DNA of 64,000 nucleotides from Vampirovibrionaceae bacterium NZW_1234 (GTDB lineage Bacteria; Cyanobacteriota; Vampirovibrionia; Vampirovibrionales; JAGQHJ01): NCBI GenBank assembly GCA_041697335.1, contig JBGUGD010000016.1, positions 1 to 64,000 of the forward strand, read 5' to 3'. Shown piece by piece: positions 62,864 to 64,000 of this stretch (position 1 is its first letter; each line of letters starts with the position of its first letter). The notes under the pieces were generated by a model. It saw only the letters and a program-made list of their open reading frames with translations, ran no database searches and was not told where the DNA came from. The position numbers and the translations under genes were made by a program.

Positions 62864-63481
62864 CTAGCCAGCCATTTCGTTCATATTGGGATAATGCGGC
62901 GAATCCGGATCCAGAGGTACGGAGACCTGATGGGCCTTGTACTCAAAGTGCTGGGCTCCAAAAGATCCCGTTTGCAAGGTAACGACCTTTTGCTTGAGCA
63001 ACTGCATCAGCGCATCATGCAAACGATAAGCATCTCGGGAGCTATAGGCCAAAAATTCCAGGTGCTCACCGTTGACTTGGGGCTTATAACGGATAGGATC
63101 GGCGGGGTCTTCCCCTAAAGTCTGCCGGGCAGTCGCCAGATGGGCGTCAAGTTCGGTCAGCATCACCTCCCGATCGGCAGGGGTGATAGGTTTATCCGGC
63201 ATAAACGTAACCGGTAGCCCCAGGCGCTCAAAGGCCCACATCAGGCCTTGATAGGTTTTTAGCCGATCCTCGCCTCTGGGATGCGTCACTTTGACCATCA
63301 CATCACCGGCTTCCGGAAGATTCTCATGCACTTGAAGCGGCCCTTGACTGGATGCCCCATAAATCCCCAGCGTGGGACCGGGGCTGGTGACCATTTTCTG
63401 GCGCAGCTCCGGGGTTAAATCCTTGGCCTTAAACACCCAATCGGCTTTAAAACGTAATGACGCCGGTGATGATACACGCAT
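62864..63481 (-). CDS. Hypothetical protein with N-terminal LRFKA motif
   Basis: AGGAG SD before ATG 63481. Confidence 0.7.
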   Translation of the reverse strand: MRVSSPASLRFKADWVFKAKDLTPELRQKMVTSPGPTLGIYGASSQGPLQVHENLPEAGDVMVKVTHPRGEDRLKTYQGLMWAFERLGLPVTFMPDKPITPADREVMLTELDAHLATARQTLGEDPADPIRYKPQVNGEHLEFLAYSSRDAYRLHDALMQLLKQKVVTLQTGSFGAQHFEYKAHQVSVPLDPDSPHYPNMNEMAG

Positions 63482-63583
63482 GAAAATCACTCCTAAACAC
63501 ACCACAATGAACAACGCCTATTACCCTAACACAAGCCACACAAACACACCTAAGATTTTGTCCATAACTGTTAAGTGATTTAA

Positions 63584-64000
63584 CTATCGGGCAACAGCCA
63601 GGTCCAGGTTCTGGTTAAAGCGCATCCGGGCTAACACCGGAACCGGCAATTCCTTGCCCGCCAAAAGCGAGTCATGAAACTGCTTAAGGTTAAAGCGCTG
63701 GCCCTGCTGGTCTTGAAGTTGGCGACGAAGCTGTTGAATCTGAAGCTTACCCATCAGATAACTCGCTACATCAGTGGGGCGCTGGTAATAGCGGTCGACC
63801 TCGATGCCAGCCCGATCGGGCTCTAAGAGAACCCGATCTACCAGAAAGTTCACGGCAGACTCACGCGTCATTTTGCCGGTATGGATTTGCGGATCAATCC
63901 AGGCCCGGGCGGCCCGCCATAAAATATTTCTGAGGGCAAACAGATGCTGTTCCGGCTTGCTATAGTAACCTTGCTCCCGAGCCAGGTCCTCCGTGTACAC
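63584..64000 (-). CDS. DUF885 family protein, C-terminal part
   Basis: EVDRY..P...SYLMGKLQI..LR, FNLKQFHD; frame runs off the window edge. Confidence 0.88.
   Translation of the reverse strand: MYTEDLAREQGYYSKPEQHLFALRNILWRAARAWIDPQIHTGKMTRESAVNFLVDRVLLEPDRAGIEVDRYYQRPTDVASYLMGKLQIQQLRRQLQDQQGQRFNLKQFHDSLLAGKELPVPVLARMRFNQNLDLAVAR

Overview
Gene-dense bacterial chromosomal window, mostly housekeeping and metabolic genes: dnaK, pyk, hutHUI, a CBS/cystathionine gamma-lyase pair, aroE, def, pth, cobB, a glpD homolog, pckA, xth, glycosyltransferases, an ABC-2 exporter and two NarL regulators. I found no rRNA, tRNA, CRISPR array or integrase/transposase. The protein style suggests a non-photosynthetic cyanobacterial relative (Vampirovibrionia/Melainabacteria); this is an inference only. 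Best candidate for an undescribed system (10380-12688): two 109-aa helical-hairpin paralogs, each behind its own sigma28/FliA-type promoter. They are followed by a Gly-rich hydrophobic protein whose C-terminal helix aligns without gaps to theirs, resembling a needle- or flagellin-like filament plus translocator module. Seven unrelated proteins share an N-terminal x-[RK]-F-[GSQK] motif, a possible export signal. Other notable items are a PafBC-like WYL pair, a secreted Asn/Asp/Ser repeat protein cluster (amyloid-like), and an 11-bp-period CGCGT array next to an AT-rich tract.
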